The position numbers were made by a program, and so were the translations under genes. A stretch of 62,970 nucleotides of DNA, counting the filler, from Chrysochromulina tobinii (Eukaryota): NCBI GenBank assembly GCA_001275005.1. It is 7 parts of 7 records of this genome, joined end to end, with 100 filler letters (N's around TTAATTAATTAA, not from the genome) between each part and the next. Parts side by side here need not be neighbours in the genome. Positions count along the whole stretch, not along the records: positions 22,886 to 33,546 come from JWZX01000723.1; positions 33,647 to 40,269 come from JWZX01000724.1; positions 40,370 to 57,851 come from JWZX01000725.1; 4 more parts are not named here. One strand, 5' to 3'. Below are positions 30,579 through 41,556 of this stretch, piece after piece; position 1 is the first letter of the stretch; every line of letters begins with the position of its first letter. Below the pieces are notes generated by a model. The model searched no databases. It was not told the origin of the DNA and worked only from the letters and a program-made list of their open reading frames with translations.

Positions 30579-31204
30579 GACAACGCGTTACATCGCAGCC
30601 TCTCGGCACGGGGGCACGATCGTGCCCCCGCCCAGGACAACGCACAATCCCGTAAGAGCTATGGCATTTCGATAATTTACAATACGAAACCGGCGCGGCA
30701 TTTTCACACTCGACACTCAGTGATTCTGATTGTGTATAAGCCCGGCTGTGCGCGCCGTGTGCGGACCCAGGGGGGGGGAGGGGGGAGAGGGCCGCGATCC
30801 AGACGATCGGATAACACACACACACACGACATAGGGTCACTGACAGCACTCCTGAGAGATCCCAAGAAACGTGGAACTTTTCTGCTTCTACTCCACCTTG
30901 CGCTGTGGCCGTGCCGTGCGCATGGGCATGCGTCGCCGCGCCCGCCCACCTTGTACAAGTAAGCACACCCCTCATTGCTCCAAATATATCTTTGACATCC
31001 TGTTGACATCCCGATTCGTCATTATGAAAGTTGATTCAGATTGCCAGATTGAAGATCGCGCGTGGCCGCACGCGCTTGCGTGCTATTGCGTGCCCCTATA
31101 AAGCTCTGTGGTCATGCCCGTCGCCATCGAGGCACCAACGAGGCACCAACGAGACACCATCCGCCACGTCTTCCTAATTTGGCATCGCCTAGCGTGCTCG
31201 CCTC

Positions 31205-33319
31205 CTACTGCCCCTCGCTGACCGTGTCGCCGCCCTCACCAGCCGAAGAGCCGCCCGTGGCCACCTTCGTTTCCCACAGAGGCGGCTGCAGCTCTGAGCT
31301 CATGACGAATCTCCCCTGCGCCATGAGCTGCTTTGCCATCGGCGGAGCCAGGAAGAGGAGGAGCAACACGCCGAGAACGAAGAGTCGGAGCATCCTCATC
31401 TCGAGCTTGGCAGATGCGATCTCGAGCTTGGCAGATCTGGTACTGAGACCACGCCCGTCCTTCGCCACTTGGGAAGCCGCCTCCGCCGCATCGGCCTGGA
31501 AAAGAGCTTCCCCTGCCCAAACCGCACGGGCAGCGTTTTCGGCCGCCGCAGCAGCAGTGGCTTCCGCCTCAATCGCCGCAGCCGCCGCTTGGGCAGCAGA
31601 AGCAGCCACACCCTCCGCCATCATAGCCCTGGACATCTCCTCCGCCACCCTTGCAGCTGCAGCCTCGAAGGACGGGCTATAGCACACGTGCAGGACTTCC
31701 GCTGCCTCGGCAGCGGCCGCCCCGGCCTCCACCGCTGCCTTGAATGCCGCCTCCTGCTCCGACTGGGCGGCGGCGGCCTCCACCACCGCCAATGAAGCAT
31801 CAGCCTCCTCCGCCGCCGTAACCATCGCTACCGTCTCCACTACGGTCTCCGCCACCTTTGCAGCAGCTGCCCCGGCGGCATCCAACGCGGTAGAGCACAC
31901 TGCCGCTACAAAGGCCGCGGAGAAGGCAGCGAGGTTCAAGGCAACTTCTGCCGCCTTGGTAGGAGTATCCGCCTCGATGAATCGAGGCGCCGCCTTCGCA
32001 GTTGGAGACACCGCCTTCGCCGGTGGAGACACCATCTTCGCGGTTGGAGACACCGCCTTCGCCGGTGAAGAATCAACCTCAGATTCAATCTCAGATTCAA
32101 TCTCAGATTCAACCGCATCGCGCGCTGCACCCTTATCGGCTCCATCCGCCACAGCCTTGGCCTGGGCAGCCCTCGCCTTGAGAACCCACGCTTGTCGGTC
32201 GGCCTCCGCCTTGGCCGCTCGCGCTTCCGATTCGACTTGGGCTGCGCGCGCCTCGGCCTCCGCCTGGGCATGAGCTGCCGCCTTTTCGGCCTCCTGCGCG
32301 GCCTGCGCGGCGGCGGCCTCCGCGGCCGCTTCCGCCACTGCCGCCCGCGCCAACTGCTCCTCGTGAGTGGCGGCGGCCGCCGCTCGCGCCGCACGCACAA
32401 CCTCGGCTGCCTCCGCAGCGGCGCCCGTCATGGCGCCCGCCACGGCGCCTCCAGGCGTGTCGACTTCGCTCACGCTCGCCTTCTGCTCCATGGCCGCCAC
32501 CGCCGCCTCCTGCGCCTCCATCTCTTGCTTGCGCCGCGCCCACGACTCGGTCGTCGCCGCCGCCGCCTCAAGCTGCTCGGCATGGCGCTGCTCCAGCTGC
32601 CGCAGCTCCTCGGGGCACGTGTAACTGCCTGCCGTCATCGGCTTGACGTCTCGGGCACTCAGGCTCGTGAGACCTTGCTTACTGATCTCGAGGGCTTGCA
32701 GAAGCTCGGCCGGCACTTGCTCACCAGTGTGCCGTTCGCGCTGAAGGGCGAGCTTCTCCACAAGCTTCGGGTCCACGAAGTGCATCTCCTTCCTCACGGG
32801 CGGCGAGACGATGTTCTCCACGCTCGACTCGCCCGTGACGACCTTCAAAGCCTGCACAGATAAGCGCTTGCGCAGCCGTTCATCGACCACGTTGCTCACC
32901 GAAGAAAAGGCGGACTCCTCTACGGCCTCCGAGGACGGCCTCCGAGATGACTTCGCCGAGGTGGCCTCCGCAATGATGTTCTCCTGTCCCGCCGTGCGCT
33001 CGGCCGGCTCGGGCACACCCAGAAACTTGAGGAGCGCGGACGGAGGCTTTTCGCCCGAGAGCCGCACCGCGTTCCGGAGGTACGCTTGCAGCGTGTCCAC
33101 GCGCTCGCGCTTCAGCGCCTCGCTGACAAACACGCTCTTCGCCACGGGGAACAGCACGGGCAGCTCGGCGATCTTGGACGTGAGCCCCATGTGAAGCTCA
33201 ACAAAGTTGTTGAAGCGATGCTGCGCGGCAAACTGCTGGTCGCCGAGAGTAGTCTTGATGATGTACTCGGTGTGATCCGTCACGTCGGTGTAGCCGGTGA
33301 TGACGATCGCGAGATTCAT
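31205..33319 (-). CDS. PX (phox homology) domain protein with coiled coil and C-terminal TM anchor
   Basis: HTEYIIKT...HRFNNFVELH...FP.AK...ERVDTLQAYL...LLKFLG; Ala-rich helix; TM LFVLGVLLLLFLAP. Confidence 0.85.
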   Translation of the reverse strand: MNLAIVITGYTDVTDHTEYIIKTTLGDQQFAAQHRFNNFVELHMGLTSKIAELPVLFPVAKSVFVSEALKRERVDTLQAYLRNAVRLSGEKPPSALLKFLGVPEPAERTAGQENIIAEATSAKSSRRPSSEAVEESAFSSVSNVVDERLRKRLSVQALKVVTGESSVENIVSPPVRKEMHFVDPKLVEKLALQRERHTGEQVPAELLQALEISKQGLTSLSARDVKPMTAGSYTCPEELRQLEQRHAEQLEAAAATTESWARRKQEMEAQEAAVAAMEQKASVSEVDTPGGAVAGAMTGAAAEAAEVVRAARAAAAATHEEQLARAAVAEAAAEAAAAQAAQEAEKAAAHAQAEAEARAAQVESEARAAKAEADRQAWVLKARAAQAKAVADGADKGAARDAVESEIESEIESEVDSSPAKAVSPTAKMVSPPAKAVSPTAKAAPRFIEADTPTKAAEVALNLAAFSAAFVAAVCSTALDAAGAAAAKVAETVVETVAMVTAAEEADASLAVVEAAAAQSEQEAAFKAAVEAGAAAAEAAEVLHVCYSPSFEAAAARVAEEMSRAMMAEGVAASAAQAAAAAIEAEATAAAAAENAARAVWAGEALFQADAAEAASQVAKDGRGLSTRSAKLEIASAKLEMRMLRLFVLGVLLLLFLAPPMAKQLMAQGRFVMSSELQPPLWETKVATGGSSAGEGGDTVSEGQ

Positions 33320-33546
33320 GGGAACTCGTGAAAGATGCGCGCGGTCTCTTCGTGCGAGACTAACGAGCGCCGAAGGGCACCAGGGCCGCGCCGACAGTCG
33401 GCCGCGATTCTTTCCAAGGAGAATCTTACCGGTAAAAAGACACCGGGGGGAGCCGGGACGTACCGGTAAAAAGACACCGGGGGGAGCCGGGACACACACG
33501 GGACACACGGGACACGCGGACGCACAAAGGCACACAGACCAATCTC

Positions 33547-33646
33547 NNNNNNNNNNNNNNNNNNNNNNNNNNNNNNNNNNNNNNNNNNNNTTAATTAATT
33601 AANNNNNNNNNNNNNNNNNNNNNNNNNNNNNNNNNNNNNNNNNNNN
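33547..33646. other. Artificial contig spacer
   Basis: N-run + TTAATTAATTAA + N-run. Confidence 0.99.
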
Positions 33647-34086
33647 GTGCGTCGCCCTCCTTCCCCTCTGGTCGCGCCGTGGGGGACTGCGCGAGGATGC
33701 CGATCCCTCTAGGTGAGGAGAGCACGTTAGTGCTGACGATGTGTTGTGTGAACGCCCACGGGGGCGCGCGTAGCGCGGTGTGACTGAATCCTGGCGTGGC
33801 TTGCAAGTAAAGTCAAGTGGAAACTCCCCGGATCTGGAAACTCCCCGGCTGTGCCACTGGATGGGGGCATTGAGCCAGCACATCCAGTGGCAGGACCTCT
33901 GAAGCCCAGCCACGTACGAGCTGTGGACCACAAGACCACACCGTTCCGAATTATTCCACACAATTCCTAACTAAACATGAGAGCGAGCACTCATCAGTAC
34001 TCGTGTTGCCCGAGGGGTCCCGGTACAGCCTGAGTGCGCGGGGGTACGCGACGAAACTGTCCGTAACCAGAGTCACTTCGTGCCGG

Positions 34087-35960
34087 ATGGCACACGACCC
34101 GAGCCGGGCGCGTCCGACGACGAGGTGTTCAAGGATGATGGTGGGCATGTCCCTCGTGTTTGCGATCTCGGCATCGGAGGCGCCGTGCGTGGCGGTCACC
34201 TTCAACCGCTCCACGGAGAGCGTCGATAGCCTGGCGGCGATCGAGCCACAGCACGTGCGAGCGCTCGACGGCACGGCCGCTGCGGGGGCGTGCGCTGCCG
34301 ACACGTCGGCCGGCCACTACGCCGCGGGCGGCGATTGCTTCGACCTAGGCATCGGCGACGCATCGAGCCGCTGGAGGCCGTTGGCATTCATGCCACGCGA
34401 TCTGCGCGCGCCGCATCCGGATGCGCTCAGCCGTGGGCTGCGCCTTCAGGCGGCGCTCGACGAGCTCCAGCATCGCGGCCCGTGTGCAGCTCGGCCCACG
34501 TACACGGTCGCCGAGCTGCCGATGATTGGCACCTGCGCGACCATCGAGTATGCGATGCTCGCCCTGGCGACCGCGGCGAGCAGCGGCTCGCGGCTCATTC
34601 TCGGCCGCCAGTCCACGCCGGTCTGGACGTCCCACTGGCTCTGCGGGGCGGAGCGCTCGTTGGGATGTTACTTCAACGTCTCGGCCGCGTGCTGTCCAGA
34701 TGATGCGAGCTTCAGCGCGTCTTCGAGGGTGGAGGGGGCGGGCGACGCGGCCATGGCCAAGATGCTTCAGCTCAAGGCCGCCGCGCGCGGGCGCAAGCTC
34801 AACCTCAAGGAGAAGATGATGCTGACCAAGCTGAGCAAGGCGGGGCGCGCCGACGCGATGACGTCCAGCCGTGTCGACGAGAAGATGAAACGGCGCCTTC
34901 TCAAGGAGAAGACGGTGCGTGAGAGCGGGCGTGGCAAGCTCGGGCGGCAAGGGGTGCCGCCACGTAGTCGCGAGTGTCTCTGATTGCATGCTGATTGCCT
35001 CCCTCATCAGGTTCGACCGCCACGTAGTCGCGAGCTCGGCACGCTCGAGGGGCACAAGGCTGTCGTGGGCAGCTCGCGCGCGCTTACGCTGGGGGGCTCG
35101 CTCGCCGAGCACAATGAGTATGGAACCCTGTGGGTGAGTGGGCAGCTGGTGCATGGGCTCTTTGAGCAGATGCGGCCTGTCTCTGATTGCATGCTAATTG
35201 CCTCCCTCATCAGGTGAGTGGGCAGCTGGTGCATTGGCTCTTTGAGCAGATGCGGCCTGGCACGCGCGCCCAACTCGACGCCCGACGCGCCGACGTCTTC
35301 CCGCGCGCCGTCGAGTCGGCTGGGTACCGGCACTACCCCGGCACGGCGGGCGGCGCACGCGGCCTCACAATCGGGATGCATGTGCGCCGCGGCGACTCGT
35401 GCGCGCTCGGATCGCGCTTCTGCCCGCGCAACAAGACGGCGGCCTACTTTGAGATGGCGGCGAGATTGCGAGCGCAGTACCCCGCGATGCAACGGCTCGT
35501 GGTCGCGACGGACGATGAGGAGGCGGCCGCGCTCTGTGCGTCACGCGTGCTTGGGTTTGAGTGCATCACGCGAACGATGGATCGGACCCGATTCCAATCG
35601 CAGACCTCGATTGAACGGCGGGTGGTCAAGCACGCTAATGGGCTCCTCTCGGGCGCCACAGTCACGCTCGACGCCCTCGCCGACCTCGAGATGCTCGCCG
35701 ACTGCGACGCGCACGTGCTCGTGTTTCGCTCGGCTCTCTCCCGTCTTGCGTACGCTCTGCAGCATGCCCGCAGCATGCAAGTGCTCACCACGGCGCCCTC
35801 CCCTCCCCACAGGTACGCTCTGTCCACGGCTCGCAAGGGGCGCTTCACGCCGCTCATCTCGGTGCAGTGGCCGTGGGGAGGGATGCCCGGGCCGTCGAGC
35901 TTGGGAGCGGCGCGACCAGCGGCGGCGAAGGTGTATCAAACCTTGAAAGTGGCGATGTGA
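34087..35960 (+). CDS. Alpha-1,6-fucosyltransferase-like (GT23, FUT8/NodZ-related), 4 exons
   Basis: GMHVRRGDSC, LVVATDD and LADLEMLADCD...S..SRLAY motifs; introns 34954-35010, 35134-35213 and 35750-35812 give one continuous frame. Confidence 0.85.
34954..35010 (+). other. Spliceosomal intron, exon-duplication plus cassette A type
   Basis: GTG + an exact 18-nt copy of downstream exon sequence (34957-34974 = 35017-35034) + 36-nt TGTCTCTGATTGCATGCTGATTGCCTCCCTCATCAG; contains an in-frame stop. Confidence 0.88.
35134..35213 (+). other. Spliceosomal intron, exon-duplication plus cassette A type
   Basis: First 46 nt match the downstream exon start at 45/46, then cassette A (35/36 identical to the previous copy); removal restores the frame. 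Confidence 0.9.
35750..35812 (+). other. Spliceosomal intron, exon-duplication plus cassette B type
   Basis: GTACGCTCTG (identical to 35813-35822) ... GCATGCAAGTGCTCACCACGGCGCCCTCCCCTCCCCACAG; removal gives RLAYALST. Confidence 0.82.
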
Positions 35961-36199
35961 CCCAGAGAGAGAGACGCCGTCCTCGGAAGAGACCGGCTTG
36001 CACCGCAGCGGATGCGGGACGGAATCAATTCTCGAAGGCTGCGTCAGGAGAACAAACCCCTTTGAAAGAACACAGGACGCTTGTCTCTGTCCGGGGTCAG
36101 CTACCGTTACGACAAACTTGGAAATCAAACTTGAAACTGTGTTCAAGTTCCGCGCGGACCCCTCTCAAGTCGCGGTCGAACCGCGCGCGAGAGGGCGTG

Positions 36200-37880
36200 A
36201 TGAAGTTCATGTATCGTACGTGCGCGCAAAGACTCCTCCTCCTCTACCTCTTGCCCATGCTGGCAAGCGCTTGCACGACGCTCGTTGCGGGGCGCGGGGC
36301 CACCGTAGACGGCAGCGTGCTCACCTCGCATTCAAACGATGGCGATGGCACCACGATCGGAAACTTGCAGATCGTCGAGGCGGCGAACTGGTCGCTCCCC
36401 CAAACGCGGCCAGTCTCCGGCGGCAGCGTGCCGCAGGTTGCGCACACATACGCGTACTTCACCAAGGTGGGCGGTTACGCCTCCATCAACGAGCACCAGG
36501 TCGGCCTCGCCGAGTCAACATGCAACGCAGTGTTCTTTGGCCAGAGGGAGAAGGCCGTGCTCAACATCGTCGATCTGAGTGAACTCGGCTTGGAGCGCGC
36601 GAACACGTCGCGCGCCGCCGTGGCAATAATGGGCGCGCTGGCCGAAGCTCACGGCTACTACGACGCGGGCGAATCCCTATTTGTAGTCGACCCGGCGGAG
36701 GCCTTCATCTTCCACGTGCTGCCCGATCCATCGGGCACCTCGGCAGTTTGGGTTGCGCAGCGCGTGCCCGATTCGCACGTGGGTGTCGTGGCGAACGCGT
36801 TCACGGTGCGCGTGGTCGACCTGAACGACTCCCACGCCTTCCTGTACAGCAAAACGATGGTCGACGTGGCGCTTGCGACCGGCCGTTGGAGGCGCGATCT
36901 GCCCTTCGACTTCACACGAATCTTCTCTGGACCGGAGCTTGGGCACAAGTACGCGTCTGGTCGACGTATGTGGGCCGCCTTTCGCGCTCTCGCGCCCGCA
37001 GCGTCGGTGAGCCTCTCACCCACATACACCGAGTACGTCTCAGCCTCGCACTACCCAGCCACGCTGCCCGCGACGAACGTGAGCGCCGGCATGCTGCGCG
37101 CTACTATGCGGAACTATTACGCGGGGACGCCGTACGACATGAGCGTGGGCATGGCAGCCGGTGCGGCCGGCTCCCCGATCCGCGCATTGCCTCTGAGTGC
37201 CTCTCCTAGGCACTGATCGACGCTGATGGCCTCGGAGCGCAGGTGCGTTTGGCTCCCCCATCCGCTGGAGTACCGGTACCGGTACGACGGGCCACTCTGA
37301 GATCACGGGCAACTTTGAGCGCTCGATCGCTACTCCGCGCACCATTGTATCGTACGTGCTCGTCGTGCGCAGCTGGCTGCCCGCGCCCGTTGGGGGCGTC
37401 GCTTGGTACTCGTTCCACGGGGCCCTCACCTCGGTGTATGTGCCGCTGCTCACGCTGATGCTGGGCGCAAAGGTCGCTCTGGCGCCCAGTCTGACACAAA
37501 ATGGCGGCGCAGTGGATCGTGGGGTGGGCGCGTGGCAGGCGGCTCATTTCGTCTTCGCCGCCTCGCAGATCGACTTTGGCGGTGCGTTGCCGCTCGTGCA
37601 GCAGGCGCAGCAGCAGTGGGAAGATGCCGCCGGCGAGGCGCTCGTAGCCAATGCCGTTGCCGACTTCCAGGCGGGTGCAGAGACAGAAAATGTGCTCGCC
37701 AAGCGCTGCAACGAGCATGCCACTGCCGCAGTGGCGGCGTGGTGGGACCTTTCAGATGCCTTGCTCAGCCGCATCTCGCCGCCCGCACTCCACTACCCGA
37801 CATGGTGGCTCCAGGCACCGTCGGTCAACTACACCAACGGCCCGCCAGTCGCACCAGATGTGCCGCCACCGCCACACTGA
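36200..37880 (+). CDS. Secreted peptidase family C69 (dipeptidase A/secernin-like, Ntn hydrolase), 2 exons
   Basis: Signal peptide then nucleophile CTTLVAGRGATVDGS; INEHQVGLAEST, LERANTSR, WVAQRVPD, ANAF; spliced AAGAFGSPIR...ERSI. Confidence 0.92.
37161..37242 (+). other. Spliceosomal intron, exon-duplication plus a third cassette type
   Basis: GTGCGG...GAGCGCAG; first 23 nt match the downstream exon start at 19/23; removal restores the C69 frame. Confidence 0.85.
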
Positions 37881-39007
37881 TAGACCGGTGCCATATGTGT
37901 GTGTCCTGGTTCCTAGTGAGTTACTGGGGGGTTATACTAGGTGTGAGGGCTCAGGGGGTGGCTCTGAGTCCTAACCAGCCCCTCAACTATCGTGCTCAGG
38001 GGTTCTGGCCTGTGACCTTTGGGGTGGATTATACTGTCAACTACCCAGATTTCAGGGTCAGGGGGGCCATGGGGGCCCTCTGAGACGCACCCCTCTGACA
38101 CAGTCCAAGCCGCACAACTACCAGACTGTGACCTCACAGGGTCCTCTGCGCTGCGCCCACGCGCACGCACCATGGGTGGGGCGTGGGGGTTGGGTATAAG
38201 TGAGGGCATTTTGGTAAATTGTCCATTCTTTGGACAAGATTCGCGTAACACGGTAAAAGTCATCGTGCCTCCGTATCCAGGGAAAAAGCCACTTTCGCCG
38301 AATGTACCACAGTACTTCGCTTAAACTGAGCGTGATATTGTTTGTCATTCATGAAAAAACTTGGGGAGTGTCAGAAACAAACTCTCGAAAACTGACCGGT
38401 ACTGTTCTGTAATCTTGCGTTGCGTTAGCGTTGCGTGCCGTAACCGACGCTCCGAGCACGCACTCCATCGGTTCCGACGCATCCTGAAGGCCCAATTGTG
38501 ATGGCCACTGAGTGCATCCCGCGATGACCACTGAGTGCATCCCGCTGCATGCCCCGTTGGCCAGTGAGCGCATCCCGATGATCTATCTGTGTATCTGAGT
38601 GCTCCTCACTGTGAGCTGGTGACCGGATACGTGTACATCACTTGAAACTGGAGCTCTGTGGGCTGGTGACCGGAGGATTTTTGGTGGTAAGCGTGTAACT
38701 GGGTTGAGCAGATCGCATAACTCGCATGAATACACGTGCACAAAAGGGGTATTGATTAAGGACCATTTCAGGATCTAGTCCAAAAAAGGTTCGGGAACAA
38801 ACGATGCTATAGACCTCGAGAGTTCCCCCAAAAAGATCGGCATTGCGCCGCTCCCTGCGGCCGCTGCTAAACGCGTAGATGCGTCTAGCACAAGCCCTGC
38901 GTCTATGTATAGCTGCTCAACGTGACAGATCCGCGTAAGGCTCGCAATTAGGCTCGCAAGGTCAGCTTCCTTGCTTGACCAAGCATTGTTGTCGCCGTCT
39001 TGGACTC

Positions 39008-40181
39008 CAGAGGGGTGGGTTTAACATTGAGACACTTTTTTGCGTTAAGTATCAAGTGTTGAGACACCAAAACAGGTGTTGAGACACCAAGTGTTGAGAC
39101 AGGAAAACAGGTGTTGAGACAGGGTTTGAGACAGGTGTAGATGTTGCCGCCGTCAACATCTACAGTTCAAACGCCGAATCGGCGTCAAAAATAACGGTCG
39201 TCAAGTGCGGATATTCTTCGAATTCATATCCCCTCAACAATCTCGGACAATTTTTCAATTACGCTTTATTTGGGTCCCACGAAGGTCGAAGCGCGGTCTT
39301 GGATGGACTGCCGGCCTCTCTCTGAAGTTGCATCGTCGCGGCTCGTGTGGGACCTACAAGATCTTCTATGCAGAAGAGGAGACGGAGGAGATGGTGCTCG
39401 AGCAGTGGGAGGACCTGAAGGCGGAGATCAAAGTGCCGACGCTGCGCACGCTCAGCTTTCATCAGCTGTGGGCGAACATGCTCGTACAGTACGCGGACGA
39501 GTATGCGCTGGTGCTGCGCCTCGTTGTCATTTCGCTGCTCATCCCCGCTGACACATCGGAGTGCGAGCGCATCTTCTCGCTCATGAACGACCTCAAGACT
39601 GCCGAGCGGAACTCGATGGGCCAGCAGAACCTCAAGAACCTGATGCTGTGGCACATCATGGGCTACAAGACGGACATGGAGGGCAAAAAGGTCAAGATGC
39701 CGTGTTGTGACGTGCCGGTGATGGCCATCCTCAAGGAGTTCCGCTCGATGGCATTTGAGAATGGCGGCATGCTCGGCCGCAAGGCCCACCCCGGTCGGCG
39801 GCAGTGCCAAAGTACGAGTATGAGAAGCACCGGGCACCAGTGAAGGCGGCCACCTCGGCCGCCTCCTCTGCCGCAGAAGAATGAGGAATGAGGTTCTGGT
39901 AGAGGAACGTGACATGGAGAGTGCGGGCAGGCATGACATGGAGGGCGGCGGGCGGGCGCGTCGCGACTCACGAGTCGGCAACGCATGGCGAGTCGAGACT
40001 CGAGAGTCGCTGTAGAGCCGTACCGGGCGTGTTTTCGAGGTGTTGAGACGGGCTGAAGAGGTGTTGAGACAGGCTGTCTCAACAGCTCCTCAAACAGGTG
40101 TTGAGACAGGCTAACACTTCCTGAGCTTAAGTGTTAATACAAACGTCTCAACAGCGTCTCAACGTTAAACCCACCCCTCTG
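39008..40181 (+). mobile_element. Internally deleted (non-autonomous) hAT DNA transposon
   Basis: TIR CAGAGGGGTGGGTTTAAC(A/G)TTGAGAC at both ends; perfect 8-bp TSD TTGGACTC (39000-39007, 40182-40189); subterminal GTGTTGAGACA repeats. Confidence 0.95.
39365..39843 (+). pseudogene. hAT transposase C-terminal dimerisation-domain remnant
   Basis: LLIPADTSECERIFSLMNDLKTAERNSM...LKNLM matches the hAT P.sS..cER.FS...R..l pattern. Confidence 0.88.
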
Positions 40182-40269
40182 TTGGACTCAAGTGCACTGT
40201 CGTCGACGCAATGCATGTGCGGATAGATCAGGCAGCTTCCTGCGGCTGCTGCGACACGCGTAGATGCGT

Positions 40270-40369
40270 NNNNNNNNNNNNNNNNNNNNNNNNNNNNNNN
40301 NNNNNNNNNNNNNTTAATTAATTAANNNNNNNNNNNNNNNNNNNNNNNNNNNNNNNNNNNNNNNNNNNN
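40270..40369. other. Artificial contig spacer
   Basis: N-run + TTAATTAATTAA + N-run. Confidence 0.99.
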
Positions 40370-41442
40370 CTGAGAAAGCCGAGACGGCTGCGGCGGGGGC
40401 AGCGGATTTGGCCAGCAAGCTCAAAGCTGCCAAGCTCGAGCTCAGCCTTGCAGATAAGGTTGAGGAGCGGCGGACGCTGAAAAACAAGGTGGCGGAGCTC
40501 GAGGCGTCGCTAGCCATCATGACCACCGCCTCCATGGCCTCCGCGCCACAGCCGTCTTCGCCAGCCCCGAGCAACCGCTGGCGAAAGGCGGCGGCTGACA
40601 AGGAGAAGGCGCTAGTCGAGGCGGCCGAAGGGGCCATCAAGGTCGAAATGACCGAAAGGGGCGACGATCTCAAGGCTGCAGCGGCAGTGGCCGAGGCGGC
40701 CCAGGCCGCGGCAGCACGTGCAGCTCCCGAGGCAGCGCAGTGGCAGCAGGGGCTTGCGGCCGAGGCGGCCGAGAGGGCGGCGGCGGTCGCGGCGGCCGAC
40801 GAGGAGAAGGCGCTGGTCGAGGCGGCGGCCGAGAAGGCCATCAAGGTCGAACTGACCGAAAGGTGCAACACAGCTGACGATCTCAAGGCTGCAGCGGCAG
40901 CGGCCGAGTCGGCCTCGGCCGTGGAGGGGGCAGCAGCATCGGCGATGGCTGAGGCAGCAGCGACCGAAATGCTAGCAGTGGCCGAGAAGGCTTCTGCTGC
41001 TGTTGAGGCACTTGCTGATGAGTTGGTGGCTGAGAAAGCCGAGACGGCTGCGGCGGGGGCAGCGGATTTGGCCAGCAAGCTCAAAGCTGCCAAGCTCGAG
41101 CTCAGCCTTGCAGATAATGCGGAGGAGCGGCGGACGCTGAAAAACAAGGTGGCGGAGCTGGAAGCAGTGGCCGATGAGTCAGTGGCTAAGAAAGCCGAGA
41201 CTTCTGCGGCGGGGGCGGATTTGGCCAGCAAGCTCAAAGCTGCCAAGCTCGAGCTCAGCCTTGCAGATAATGCGGAGGAGCGGCGGCCGCTGAAAAACAA
41301 GGTGGCGGAGCTGGAGGCAGCGCTAGCCATCGTGACAACCGCCTCCATGGCCGCCGCGCCACAGTCGCCGCCGCTCCCGCCTTCGCCAGTCCCAAGCAAC
41401 CGCTGGCGAAAGGCGGCGTCTGGCGCAACAAGGAGAAGCTGA
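40370..41442 (+). CDS. 3' part of a repetitive Ala/Glu/Lys coiled-coil protein
   Basis: Three near-identical copies of KAET.AAGA.DLASKLKAAKLELSLAD..EERR.LKNKVAELEA; frame open from the contig edge. Confidence 0.7.
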
Positions 41443-41556
41443 ATGGCCGTTCCACGTTCCACGTTCGCCTCGTGCTCGTACCAACACCTAAGAATAGAAT
41501 TAACCGCCAATTCACACCATAAGCTCCGGTGTTCACAACACGACTTCGGGCCTGCG

